Source: Trichoplax sp. H2 (taxonomy: Eukaryota). From it: a stretch of DNA of 26,228 bases. Below are positions 1 through 12,588 of the stretch, piece after piece (within the stretch, counting starts at the first letter, position 1; every line of letters starts with the position of its first letter). Under the pieces are notes generated by a model, which saw nothing but the letters and a program-made list of their open reading frames with translations, was not told the origin of the DNA and did no database searches. A program made the translations under genes and the position numbers. The stretch is taken from contig NOWV01000020.1 in the NCBI GenBank assembly GCA_003344405.1, positions 806,001 through 832,228 of the forward strand, in the 5' to 3' direction.

Positions 1-969
1 ACGAAGAGTAGGTTAAGTAACAATATCTCAAAGATTTTATGGAATCATTTAAACCCTTAAAGTGTCATTTACTGAATTCGGGGTCGCTATTCATTCGTGC
101 AGGATCGAAATTAAAAAGTTTCGGTACTAATAGTAATCAAGGTACCGGATAAGCAATAAATTTCCTTAGGCTTAGTAATTATGATCTGTCAATATATGAT
201 ACATGTATATTTTATTAAAGATTTGAAGATATGCCGTGCTTATTTCCCATTTCAACTCTAGGATATAAGATTCTTCTGATATTATCGCAGCTCTACTGTA
301 AGCAACGCAAATACTCAAAATTTTCATTCTTACAAAAAATACGAATACTTACTATTCGCAGTGCAGGATGTGATAATTTTATTATACCGGTATTACGTAA
401 AGCTAATATAGTTGCCAATCATGCAGTCGTTGTAACAATGTACTACTGAGTAGCTGGTTAGCTGTGCCATAAGAGCAACAAACTATAAATGATTTATGAA
501 AGGTAGGAGTGTATAAGGTTAAAAATACTTAACAAACCTGAAGCAAGTGATGTTTGATTTATCTGAAATTTGCAATCAAAGAAAGCTGACAGGGAAATTT
601 AAACCAAATTGATGCATAAAAGCTCTAATTTACTATCTGGAATATTCTTATTTCAAGAACAGTCAAGCACATTTGGAACGTAAAAGACAATAACATGGCT
701 ACTGTTATTTCTTATGGATTTCTCAGACAATTGATAATCGTATCGTATCAGGATTGTATGATCCAGGCTTTGACAACTATTGCTGATTATATTACATAAT
801 TATTTATAAAATTCAACCAAGTATACGCTTTTTAAGTAATATTTTGAATTAAAATCGGTTTTCACCTTAATAAAAATGAGTTAAAAATTAAGATAATTAA
901 TTAGATATCATGAATGTCTAGTAATCCATTATACAAGTATATTGAGAATGTAAATTGGCGAACAAATAT

Positions 970-1862
970 GACTAGTGCATAATATGCAATTATAGTTTTT
1001 TATTCTTCAATTGTATACTTACTAGGTATGAAAACTTTCTAACAGTTTTGGACCACAAAATACACTGTACATAAATATCTTGTTGTCCGTTTTTACGAGT
1101 GTACTGAAAAAGTAAATTGACTAACGTGCATGACTAGTGCATATGTGATAAAGTGATCTTCAAAACAATAAATCAAGAGCTACAGTTTCTTGCAAATTTC
1201 ACTTTATTACAGAAGTTAGGTTCGTCTAACTACCATGGACTATCTGACTATCTGACAATCTACTTATTACAGCAAGATTCACGATTTATATACGATTAGT
1301 TACAGAATGCTTTTACTGTAACAAATCTTATCTTGCCTATTAAGTCGCAAGATCAGATCTAAATTTACTATCTCGTAATCTATTCATAATTCGCGCGTCT
1401 ATTTAAAGCATTACAATACAATACTTACAGTACTAACATACTTAGCGCAAATCTATTTACTGTACTGTATATCTCAGATCTTTATATGAACATCTTAATA
1501 GATTCGCTACAATACGTACTGTAAACATCTTCTACAAATAGACTCTTACTCAATCTTACACTCTAGCTTACAAGTTAAGTTATTCTCGTACAGTCTTATA
1601 ATAGTAATCTAAGCTATATTTGGGGCTGCACTACAGCATAATACGCGAGCATAGTTTTTTAGTCTTCAATTTTATTAGGTATGAAAACTTTCTAACAGTT
1701 TCGAACTACAAGGTACACTATCCACGAATATCTAGTAGTCCATTATATGAATACATTTAGAAATAAAATTATTTGAAGAACTGGACTAATGCATGATAAA
1801 CGACTATAGTTTTCATTCTATAATTGGACGCTTAGTAAGCATTAAGCTTTTCTGACAGTTTT
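970..1862 (+). repeat. Diverged ~160 bp tandem repeat, about 2.5 units, interrupted by an LTR-like insertion
   Basis: GACTAGTGCATA...TATAGTTTT...TAGGTATGAAAACTTTCTAACAGTTT at 970-1131, again at 1132-1143 plus 1641-1782, and a partial third unit at 1783-1862. Confidence 0.75.
1144..1635. mobile_element. Solo LTR-like element (492 bp) with perfect 5-bp TSD, inserted in a tandem repeat unit
   Basis: TGTGATA...CACTACA termini flanked by GCATA (1139-1143, 1636-1640). Removing it rejoins repeat unit 2 of the 970-1862 array. TGTGATA is the reverse complement of the TATCACA end of the other two elements. Confidence 0.75.
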
Positions 1863-2005
1863 CCAAGAGATTTTTTAATATTAAAGTAACGATAATAGGT
1901 ATACCTATTACATGGCATATTTATTATGTTTCGTGATTAATCAACTTTGAGGAATTATTACGGTAGGTTATATGCACCACGGAACGAGGAAATATTGAAT
2001 ATACT

Positions 2006-2487
2006 CGTAATGTAACTTATTATTGAATTGTAGACTGCTAGGCATGTTTATTATGATATAAAGTATACTTGCTTTCTATATTTATCATAAACCTTATTTA
2101 ATAGTTTTAATGCTAGAGTTATAAGTAGATATGTAAGCCATAAATTAGAATATGGTCAGTTGACCGTGCGTTGACTGGCAGAAATAATGCCTTATTTGAA
2201 TACTGTAGCAGTTACCCATATTGAATTATAGATGGTCCGCTGTAATATGTTGTTACTAATATAATCTAAATTATTGTAAAATAAGGTAGAATATTGCTAT
2301 GCAGATTGTAGCGGAACACAAAACTGTTTTAGCAGGCAACTTTAGATTATATAGTACCTCTGTCTACAAGTTTTTTTGGCTGTTGCATTCGGCTAGAGTT
2401 GGGCTATGCGTATATCATTTTTGTATAAGATCTCAAATAGTTCTAATTTTCTACGAATTTTGGAAATGCGTGATCGGTTATATCACA
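2006..2487. mobile_element. Older solo LTR-like copy of the same family (482 bp)
   Basis: (C)GTAATGTAACTTA...GATGGTCCGC...TGTAAAATAAGGTA...GTGATCGGTTATATCACA aligns with 20398-20951. Degraded TSD ATACT/GTGCT. Confidence 0.75.
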
Positions 2488-3929
2488 GTGCTCTATTATA
2501 TCATACTTGCCGTCACGGAATTACTTTATTAATTGCATTACTAGCAAAACGTACTTATTCCCCAACTCGTCACACTATCAAGTGTATATTGCTTATATAT
2601 CCACAATGTCTAGACTTGACCTAAGAATCAAAAATTGTGATGTTGCTTCTTATACATTTAGTTGATAGTAGATTATTCTACTTCCCAGTATGTGACTTAT
2701 GTTGCTGCTGCAATTAACTGAAATTTCTACGCGAATATGGTACATATAATTTACTGCCTTGCCTACAGTAACAAAATCTAATAATTCGGTAGCAAAACAA
2801 ACGCAAGATTACCGTACTGACCTGATGTCGCAAACCAGCTTCGTGACAAAGATAACGTAAATCATATCTCTAAATTACTATAGCCTCCGGAATTCAGTAT
2901 CCCTTAACTATTTCACAAGAATTTAGACGCTTTTGCTTCTACGTTAAAGAACTATAGAACTATTCTTTTATTCAACTATCTGCCGAGCTTAAATACTTCG
3001 GTAGCTGCTATCATGTATGAGGTATAACAGTTCATGAAATTTAGTTCATATTGGATAGCTAAATTTATACAGAAACTATTCATAATCTTATACATATACT
3101 GAACAATTCTAGATAATTAGATTACAGTATATCCATACACAGAATTATTTACAATATCATCTGTAATTGAATATCTTTAGGATATGCATAAAAAGCGTTA
3201 CAAGACATAACACTATAATCAATTAACATTAGTTATCGTATAAGAACTCTTACTACAGTACTGCATAATTTACTATAACAAAATAATAACTTTCGCAGTT
3301 CTTACTGTAACTTATTATTAGTTATCTATATATATAAACGTTAACCACTAAATTTAGTCATTTAGACCTCATGGTGGTTCGTACCGTTACATCTGAATAC
3401 TAACTTTTCTAACTTACCATTAATTAAACATGATAGCTCTAATTCAATCCTATGGTATGATTGTATTATATATCTAACTAGAAACTCTTAAATACTTTCT
3501 AAAATATCGCAAGTACGATCGCATAGGATGCAAAGCACAATGTAGAGCCATGGCTTGTTATCAGTATCAATCAAAAATTGGCCAGAATAAAGCCTACCGT
3601 TCTGCTTACTTAGCGTGAACATAAAGTAAACATTGTTTTAAGAAGAAGATATAGATTATTAATCAAATATAACAAATTATATTATTATGTTCGATAATGC
3701 TCTTATCGCATGTAGTAATAACGATATAATAAAATAAATGTTAATAGATAATTGAATAGAACCATAAAATGTAAACCCTTATAACTTATCAATAAATTTT
3801 AAAAAACCTTAACCTTTAAATCCACATTTTAATTTTCAGAATTTCCCAATGTGATGGATTGCATCATTGTTAATAAGCCAACAAACTTACTTGGATAATG
3901 AATTCAAAACAGCAATATTCAATTCTTAC

Positions 3930-4710
3930 CTTTTTAGATTCTGTACAATCGAGCCAATCTTGAAATTAATTAGTGGAATAAAACCTATGTTTTTAAAAGG
4001 TATTTGATTCTCTATTGTGGGATTGATCGAGAATATAGACTTCCTACTTGAAATTGGAGTCAATCATTAATTATTTCGAATTTTGCTCATCAATTCACAG
4101 ATATGAGTTAAAATGGAAGTTTATTGTGAATACTACTGTTAAACATCCTAGTAGTTTCGTAAATATGCTTCGAAATGGCTTTAACCCTAGGTACGCTTAG
4201 CTGCATTCTCCATGATACAAATAAAGTTTTTATACCTGTTTAACTATATGAAACTTTCTATGATAAGCCAGATACTTCTTAATAAACGAGTCTGAAGCGA
4301 TAGACTGCTTTGATTATTTATGGCGCTGCATTTAAATGTACTTATAACTTTCGAGTTACTAACTCAATCTTTAACAATATTGTGGATTCAACTGATCTGT
4401 TTCTGTTATACTTTGTTTTTTGACTAATATTGATGAAACGATTAAATCAATTTCGTCTTTTGATCCAAGTATTGAATTATCAATTCGAGGGCTCAAAGAC
4501 ATGAAAAAATATGGGATAGAGTGTTGCAAAACCTTGAAAGCTGCGATATTCAATTTAGTTACTGTCATAATTAGGGTCGAATATACTTACAGACTCAAAT
4601 TAGTGATAATTTCTTTAGCCTTGAAATACTGTGCTTCAATAAAAAGTTTCATCGATATCATGCCTTCGAGTGTCTCTTTGCATACTAAATTCATATTCAT
4701 AGATACCATT
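3930..4710 (-). pseudogene. Decayed LRR-coding remnant on minus strand
   Basis: Minus-strand fragments VCKETLEGMISMKLF, TKLNIAAFKVLQHSIPYFFMS, SIASDSF and YILDQSHNRESNTF resemble LRR consensus. Frequent stops. Confidence 0.3.
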
Positions 4711-6429
4711 CTTCTTGATTGTAACTTTATTTATTGCAAATACTAAACATAAATTCAATAAAAGTCAGTGAATTTGCTGCATTCGTTAGTTTGCAATGGT
4801 AGCAGTTACATGGACTAATAAAATCGGAATCATTATTCTATTACCAAAGCGCTCTGACGTAAGAATACTTAAATCGCGTCAATAACCTATCGATTGAGGT
4901 ATTTTAAAGTTTAATAGCTTTAAAAGCTTCTGTAATGACTAAAGTGGCACAACTAATAGAAATTAGTCCATTTTGTGTTAAGCTATAATGCTACATGATT
5001 GTGTTGAAGACATTAAGACATTTCTAAACATTGCAATTACGACTTGATATGAATGATCTGATGCTAATTTTTATACTGACTTCAGATAACTGAAACAATT
5101 AAGGTACAACTATCACTAGGCTAGAAATCTCTTAGTTTTTGAAGCTCAATTATTGAAAGAAGAATGATAACTAGGTTGGAAAGGTCTTTCAGCACCGGAC
5201 TGTTTAAGGCTGATTGCAGAACTGCAAATTCATATTTCGAGTATTAGAAATAGATTTTACTTTCCCTTTTATTTCAATAAATCAAGCGTGAGCTCAAAAT
5301 TTGCTCATCCATCCTAGATCTTTCTATTCCAACTAATACAGTACATATTATCACAATTTATCAAGATTTATTCTTAAACTTAATATCCAATTAAGAGTTT
5401 CGCATCCTGTTGGCCTCAGTACGACAAAGTATCTATTTTACTTGCATTGGTGCAACTACTGCTTATATTCGAGATCACCGTGGATCATTTATTATCATCA
5501 TTTTACAATGGAATCAAAAGACAACGATAAAAATTGATCAGCTTTTCGAGACATAAGTGTGTCTTACTAAGCATGTACTATTATATTGTGAATCGGTTTC
5601 GAAAGTTATTATTGCGTTTATCTAATATGAAGACAAATTGATTAGAATTGATTTTGAGCAAGCTAGCCAAAATACTTTCTTATTTACTGGAGTGCAGACA
5701 ATCGCATTTTATGATATTTTTAGATGAACCAATCATACATTAATTAAAATCTAATTTTCGGAGGATAATAGGGATACAGATTTTTCTAAGCCATCTTATA
5801 GCCGAATTCATAATACAGAAACTTGGTTAATTAATTATAAAAAATTACATTTACTTAAATTAGTCATCATAAACAAGGCATATATGCCCCTGTTTCAAAA
5901 ATTTATCCCTACTTTATTAATGCAAAGGTACTGATATAACTATGACTAAACGATAAGAATGTACTTTTCATTATTGCTGGATCCGATTGCTTGTTTTTTA
6001 TATTGAAAGTAACGTACGTCATTTCATGTGTCACTTGTACTTCCAAATGAAATATAGAATAAATAAAATATTCTTTTATATTTACTAGGATCAAAAAGTC
6101 ATCAAGTTGTTCCTGTAATGACCCTACTATATCCTGCTATCATCTTAATTGATGCCATTCGATTTTTTCGCCATTATGGTATCATTAAGAAGCATCCATT
6201 TTAGTATGGTATTTACTCATCCTTGAAAAATTTTATCGATAATATCATAATTATTCTGATTTAATCAATGGCTTCAATTTGCTTGCATGTAGTCCGTCAC
6301 AGATATTATTTAAGTGAGATAAACAACTGCATTAAAACTTAAATTAAGGAAAAATTAGTTGTAACCTAATTTATATGAAATTATCATCATCACGACTCTA
6401 CAAGGCTAATAATTTTTAAACTTAAAACT

Positions 6430-7770
6430 CAATTTTTTCTTTACATCATTTATCAGAGCCATTATCTTTATTGATAGAACTCAATGATCATATGAAAAGT
6501 TCTACCTATCTATCTTTCATGATAAATAATAATCAAAAATCTTTAACTATAACTGGTGCCTTTTCAAAATCATTCAATAAAAAAACAACATATAGCAAAA
6601 TTATAATACAATCTGGACGGGTGTAAATTGATTACTGGAAATACTATTGATGATTCCGATAAGACTATTTACTTTATATTGATTGTTATGTCAATAAGAT
6701 CAATTAAATTATAACTATTAAAATCAGAACAATACTCTTTCTAATGCAACATATTTAACAATATTCAATCACTGGCTTGAGTCGACTCTTTCTAGTGTTA
6801 CGTCACCAGCTTAGCTAAACTATTTTACATCATTTATTTGCTTTTGCATGGTGATTTAGTTTAATTCCATGATAAGATCATCAATTATAGTGTGCGGTAC
6901 CTAGTCCAGTAATTGGTTACTTAGAGGAACATTTACACTATTGTAGAATTCAACGGACCACTTGTTCCTAATCATTGGACGATCCAGTTTAAATAACGAT
7001 ATATAATATTGACAGTTCTAGGGTTATTCAGTCACGTTTTTAGTTTAAGATTTTCAGCCAGACCATGCCTAAAAGATAAAAATGTCCAGCAATCGATTGA
7101 ATATCTACCTGGCAATTTTAATTACTACTTTTCTAATTTATTCAACTGGTTATGGTAAGCAAGGCAATAATTTACGACAATTCTATTAGTAGTCTATCAT
7201 GTCCGAATAGACAACGATTAGCTCTACATCGATGCAAATGCTAGTTGGCACGTACGAAAAGGATCATCATAAATTACTCAAACGGAAGAATCACTTTAGA
7301 ATAATATCAATGTAAGTAGACTAATCTTGCAACAATTTTTTCATTTTCTGGCTATTTAGTGCTTAGTTAGAACTATAAAGGGACAGCTCAATATCATTAC
7401 AGGACGTTCTCATGTACAGTCCTGCCCTTTTGTAGTACCAAACCTGGTAATAATGCTTATCCTAGTTATGGACCGATTTTGGCTAGTTTGGTCTACTCTT
7501 GGAATAAATCAGTACTTTTATTTTTCAATTTATACGATACAACATTTAGTCCATAATGCTGCTTTCTTATCATCACATAATCATAACTACTAGCTTTAAG
7601 TGCGGATAGGGTATAAGCAACTGCTCTTAGTCGAAAATTTTTTACGAATGATATTTTACTTATTAAGTACTATGCAAAGTAATTTCATTCTAGTAAGCAG
7701 AAATTTCAGTTAATCACTGGATGGCGTCTGCTTACCAATAATTAATTAATCCGTATTTGTACTTAAACTA
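6430..7770 (+). pseudogene. Decayed LRR-GPCR (LGR-like) remnant
   Basis: LRR-like YLSFMINNNQKSLTITGAFSK (~6507), LYIDCYVNKIN, RGTFTLL..DHLFL; TM3 LILVMDRFWLV (7468); TM6-like LRMIFYLLST; TM7-like VCLPIIN then (frameshift) INPYLY (7745-7762). Confidence 0.5.
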
Positions 7771-8049
7771 ACGAACAAGACAGACGGTATATTTGTATAA
7801 CTGTAGATAATGTACGCAAGCCAAAGCGGAACTCGACAATGACTTAATCATGTCATACCATCATAAATAAAATAAATTAAAGCAATAGTAGCTGCGTCAT
7901 CACTTCTAGAAAATAGCTCCAATAGGGCAATATGGTGTAGACAATTAGTTTCAATAACATGATTATTGTCGATAAAACTTTTAAATTGTCCTCAATATGA
8001 GTCATTAAGACCGGTTAAGATAATTTCGTCGTTGCTGGTCAGTCTAGGT

Positions 8050-9420
8050 TAGCAAAAATGAAAATAATTTACTGCAAAGTTCTTTCGCTTCAGGACTTGA
8101 ATCCAAGATTCTTTATCAAGTAATCGGAATGAACTTTCCAAAAACAATCAGTAATATTTTGCCTTACTGGCTGAATTTTCAGCAATTTACTGTAAAAAGG
8201 AGTGAACAGGAACGACTTGACTTAACTCAAGATTTATTATCTCACGAAAATAGTACAATCTGTGTTAGATTAAAAATCTAGAACAATTATCAATTGGAAC
8301 AGCCAATAGCGGGCGTTATTTAGTTTTGTAAAAGAAGCCCTCGCTTTATTTCTCCTTCAACTTGTTTTGATCCATGGAAATAATCATAAAAGATAAATTG
8401 TTCTATTTTTACTGACCTGAAAGAAATTATGGTTATTTTTATAACCATGATCGCTGATACATCCGATGTACAGTATTAAAACTCAATTATATCCGTTAGT
8501 TTTGTAATATTTTTCGCCTAAAAATGATATCCTTAAGATCATCATTCGATTAGCAGCTTAATAAATTGTAGCAAGTGCTATTATCTTAGCATGTAATTTG
8601 ATACCATGGCTTCTTAACTAGTTGTTTAACTTAAATTATGTACAATTTCATTTTCTTTATCGAGGCCTTTCTCAAGTTGCTATCCGTATAATAGAATAAG
8701 ATCGCATAATTTTTAGCCCCAGAGTGATACAGATATAACTGTATACTATAATGACGAGATGATTAGATACCATAGCTTTTGATTTGATGTGCTTGCTAAT
8801 TCAACAGTCTCTCAAGTATCGACGTTTTTAATGTTACGTAGCGTTCCTTATCGCAATATAATAATTAGGTACTGTAGCTCTTCCATATACATCAAGATGG
8901 TTTAAAAATTTATGGTAGCGACTTATTGATTAAGGAGATCGTATAGCTTTTATTAGTCACGGGTAGTAAATGTTTTGAGATTAATCCCTCCAGTAACGAC
9001 ATCAAGGATTCATTTGAACAATTTATCGTTTATTATTCGTATTTTAGAAACTGAGAATATAGAACTAATGTATCTCTTTTAGCTTTGAAACAATTTGAAA
9101 TATCGAATTCAAATTAAATGTCAGTTACTAATTTTAAGGGTTGATAGGCCGTAATCTATTACGCGTAGATACCAGAAACAAATCTTCAACTACGATGGTC
9201 ATACAGATATTCCATTATGAAACGTCACTTCAAAATATAAATTGATCATATTATTACGCATCCCTAGTATCCTTTTTACAGTAGTACATCTTTTTTCTAC
9301 ATTACGTTAGAAGAAAACCTATTTTTGTAAGCTCAAAGCTATCTTCCATTGACTTTAGTTCAAGTTTATTGATCGCTGTTAGTTTGCAGTGATCCTATAA
9401 TTTTCTAAGATTATCATCGT
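8050..9420 (+). pseudogene. Decayed LRR-GPCR remnant
   Basis: LRR-like ERLDLTQDLL (~8210); TM1-like VLANSTV; TM2-like FKNL/GSDLLI...LLLVTG (~8900); TM3-like QLLILRVDR (9122-9148). Many stops. Confidence 0.35.
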
Positions 9421-11169
9421 ACTTTCCCTAGAGGGTAAGCGATTACATCTTTCATCAATTCCAACATTTTATTGCTAGTAAACTATTTACAGAATACATT
9501 TGTATATCAAAAATTTCGGATAGATCCTAATCTGAGAAGGCTGAATTCCAAAACAACTTAACATTAAGAACAAGCAGAATATTTATTTAAACGATATAAA
9601 TTGGAAGATTTCGAAAGCCGCATGATTATCTACGAATTTACTAATACCTACACGTTCTTAATATGTATAAATGCAAGAATTAAAACGATAGATAATACAC
9701 TCCATTTAGTGGTTTTGTACTATTAAAGTAACAATTATAATTAAATGAATGCTAATTCTGAATGTACACTGTATACTTTATCGTACTTAGTTAAACCTTG
9801 AACAGACGCATTTTCTGATTGAAATAAACCAAACTTAACGTAACCATGCACTTTCTTTTGATCTATTATAATAATTGGTTACTTTCAGATGAATTTAAAT
9901 CCTAGTCTTGTCGAATAGCATTAAGAAACCATGTAGCGGATGGTTTATCGGCATATCACGTTAGTAAGTAGTCATCTATATCTGGAAGGAAATAGAAATG
10001 CCTCTATAACTACCTAAAAACATAAAATATAACAATTTTCATATTTGTAAATATTTCATATTTTAACATTTAGCTGTAAAATTATGGGCAAATTCATTGC
10101 TATTAATTGCTGTATTAAACTTTTATCTAGGCGTTAGCGGAGCCATGTTATAGAAAATGAATAATCCTATTTTTAAGTCCGGCTAGCATTTGTATCGCTA
10201 AAATTTTCAATGATTAGCCTCAAAGTATTTCTAAAATTACGATTACGCTAGTAATTCTCGCATTATAATATCTCTAATGGCAATGTTCCAACTCATTTAT
10301 GCACGCAAAATAGTTTGCCGCAGTTATTCATAAAATTTTATCATTAGCCCACAGATATACATATTCTGCGTATGATATGATAAAAGCGGTTAATTGGTGA
10401 TGTTATATCGAAATTAGAATACATTCCCTCTATTCTTATATATGAAATAAACATTAATTTACCATCCTTAACTATATACATTACGGCTTAGAATAAGATA
10501 AGTAATACAAATTACAGATGACATGAATAGGCATTTGCTTATGCGTAAACGTCAGCTACATTAATCCTCCCAGCTTCTGGTATACAGTATTCTTACTGTA
10601 CATGGACAGTGATTTATCTTACGTCAATTTAGTTCGATAATATAATTTTACCTAGAAGTAGGTAAGTTCTGATGATTTCTGCTGCCATTTATCATATAAT
10701 TAATCACAGCTAGGATAGTCTAACCGCTTTTATCCATTTTCTTACGATAGTTATCATTAAATATTACAGCAAGTTTGATTTCTTTCTCATTATTTCCGCT
10801 ATTATCAATATTTATGAATAATGGCGTCGGTAACCATCTACTCTGTTGCCAATTATAACTGTAAAATTCGATAATTTTAATTATTTCCTTACGCTACTTT
10901 GCTGTAAAATGTTGTTTTCGTTAATTTCCACCTAAGCTCAAAAGCGTCCAATTTTACAAATTGCTTACTTCTATATATGAATTTTTACTTCTACTAGGGA
11001 AAGAAATTAAGCCTGAAAATCACCCAATTAAAAAAGATAGCTTTAATATATCCTCTATTTACGATTTTTTAGGTTATTTTTAATACAAATTATTTATTTT
11101 ATGCAATTCTGAAGCAATTACTATTGGTTTTTATATCTGCTATATATTAAATTAATGTTATACTCTTAG

Positions 11170-12588
11170 TTTCTCCAGCGACTGTACTTAATTGTAATTT
11201 TGACGAAGACCTGTGTGGTTGGCGCCAACCTCAAAACATCGATTATTTCGATTGGAAAAGAAGAAGCGGCCCAACACCTAGCCATAGTACTGGGCCAGAA
11301 ACTGATCACACATATAAAAATGGTCAGTATCGATAGCAGAGATCAAATCGTATCTTAGAGTTATGGGACATAAAATTTAAGGAAGATAAGACTAGTATAG
11401 TATTTATTAAAGTACATTAAGCGCCATTCATAATGTCTTTTAATACGCTCCATGAGATAAAGAAAAGATTTTCACGAAACATTAATGAATTATCTAACTG
11501 TCGTTTCTGCCTCGGAATAATAGTATACGTTTCTGTAGTTCATATCGATCTATTCATGTTACAGATAGTGGTTACTATCTTTATATCGAAGCTTCAAGCC
11601 CTAGAAATAAAGATGAATACGCTGATCTCATCAGCCCACCGTTAACTTTATCAGCCATTGATAGCAGCGTCAAGGTAATAGCATTTTATTTAGATTTTAT
11701 TTAGAAAATTACCTTCGTAGTAAACAATCAAACTATATATTTTCATAATATTAGTATTTACAAGCTCTCAAATTAGAATTAATTTAATTAAGCATTTCTT
11801 ATATTGATTCATGACAAAAAAGCTTAATTTACACTTAATAGAAAAACCGTACCCTCCGCTTATTTTACCATATAATTATCATTAAAATAAAAAGTTAAAT
11901 TTTTGAATATTTTGTTGTATTAAATCCATAGATGTCGTTTTATTATCATGCCCTTGGAACTGGACTTGGAGATTTCTATGTCTATCTCATGTATCCCAGA
12001 ATTAATAGTACATTTGAAGAAATTTGGCATACGAAGCCACAGTCGTTGAAAGTTTGGAGGCTTGCTTCTTTTATTTTTAATCCGAAATATGCTGATTTTC
12101 GTGTAAATAATGTTAGATAACTAGATAAAATCGGCAGACTTGTTTTTTTATTAAAATCTTCACTCCGCAAAAATATATAATTATTGATCATTGTCTCATC
12201 ATGTGACTAGTGAGTTTTCATATCTGTTTATGTTTTCATGTCCATCATTGCCAAAGTCCCATTCCGGTTTACCATATCACTAATAATATTATTCTCAATA
12301 AATTAATCTATTGGTATATTTTAAGCGTTATCTTTATCTATAAATTATAGCTTATACATTAAAATAAATTATTATTTATTGTAAATTAAACTTAGTATTA
12401 GTTTGATACGAGTAAATAAATCTCTATAAGAGAAGATAGTGAAACTTAAATTTATATCATTACTCGTAATTTAATATTACTTATAATGATTGCTTTTTTA
12501 TTTATCTTTCAGGTCATCCTTCGAGGCTTCATTGGTTCTACATTCCTTGGCGATTTCGCAATTGATGACATAAATGTCCATCCGATTG
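11170..12588 (+). CDS. Gene 1 MAM domain 1 (4 exons)
   Basis: CNFDEDLCGWRQ...FDWKRRSGPTPSHSTGPETDHT / GYYLYIEASSPR...ADLISP / MSFYYHALG..LG..YVY...IW...WR / VILRG...GDFAIDDI: canonical MAM motifs, intron phases 1-1-0-0-1. Confidence 0.95.

Larger units (their letters stand above)
1..2700 (+). pseudogene. Decayed LRR-containing GPCR (LGR-like) remnant interrupted by two LTR-like elements
   Basis: Ordered fragments with stops and frameshifts: LRR-like RLSNNISKI, SFKPLK, KLKSFGTNSNQ, FLRLSNYDL; hinge/TM1-like GCDNFIIPVLRKANIVANHAVVV (~366-435); TM3-like GYC/YGFL...LTTIAD; TM6-like EEILNILYYIILAVTELLY (rejoined across 2006-2487); TM7-like SKIVMLLLIHLVDS (~2628). Confidence 0.45.

Noticed and set aside
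970..1862. CRISPR-like or other prokaryotic repeat system
   Set aside because: Units are long and diverged with no repeat-spacer structure, and the DNA is spliceosomal-intron eukaryotic.
2299..2624. ORFs 2299-2532 and 2406-2624
   Set aside because: They begin inside the LTR-like element and run into pseudogene sequence, so they are not independent genes.
4420..4746. 108 aa + strand ORF
   Set aside because: No recognisable domain. It is probably the antisense shadow of the minus-strand LRR remnant.
10074..10150. Signal-peptide-like stretch VKLWANSLLLIAVLNFYLGVSGA as the first exon of gene 1
   Set aside because: No in-frame ATG or upstream phase-1 exon found, and no canonical phase-1 GT donor. 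Left unresolved.
11433..12191. ORFs 11433-11645 (+) and 11982-12191 (-)
   Set aside because: They are off-frame or antisense overlaps of true MAM exons.
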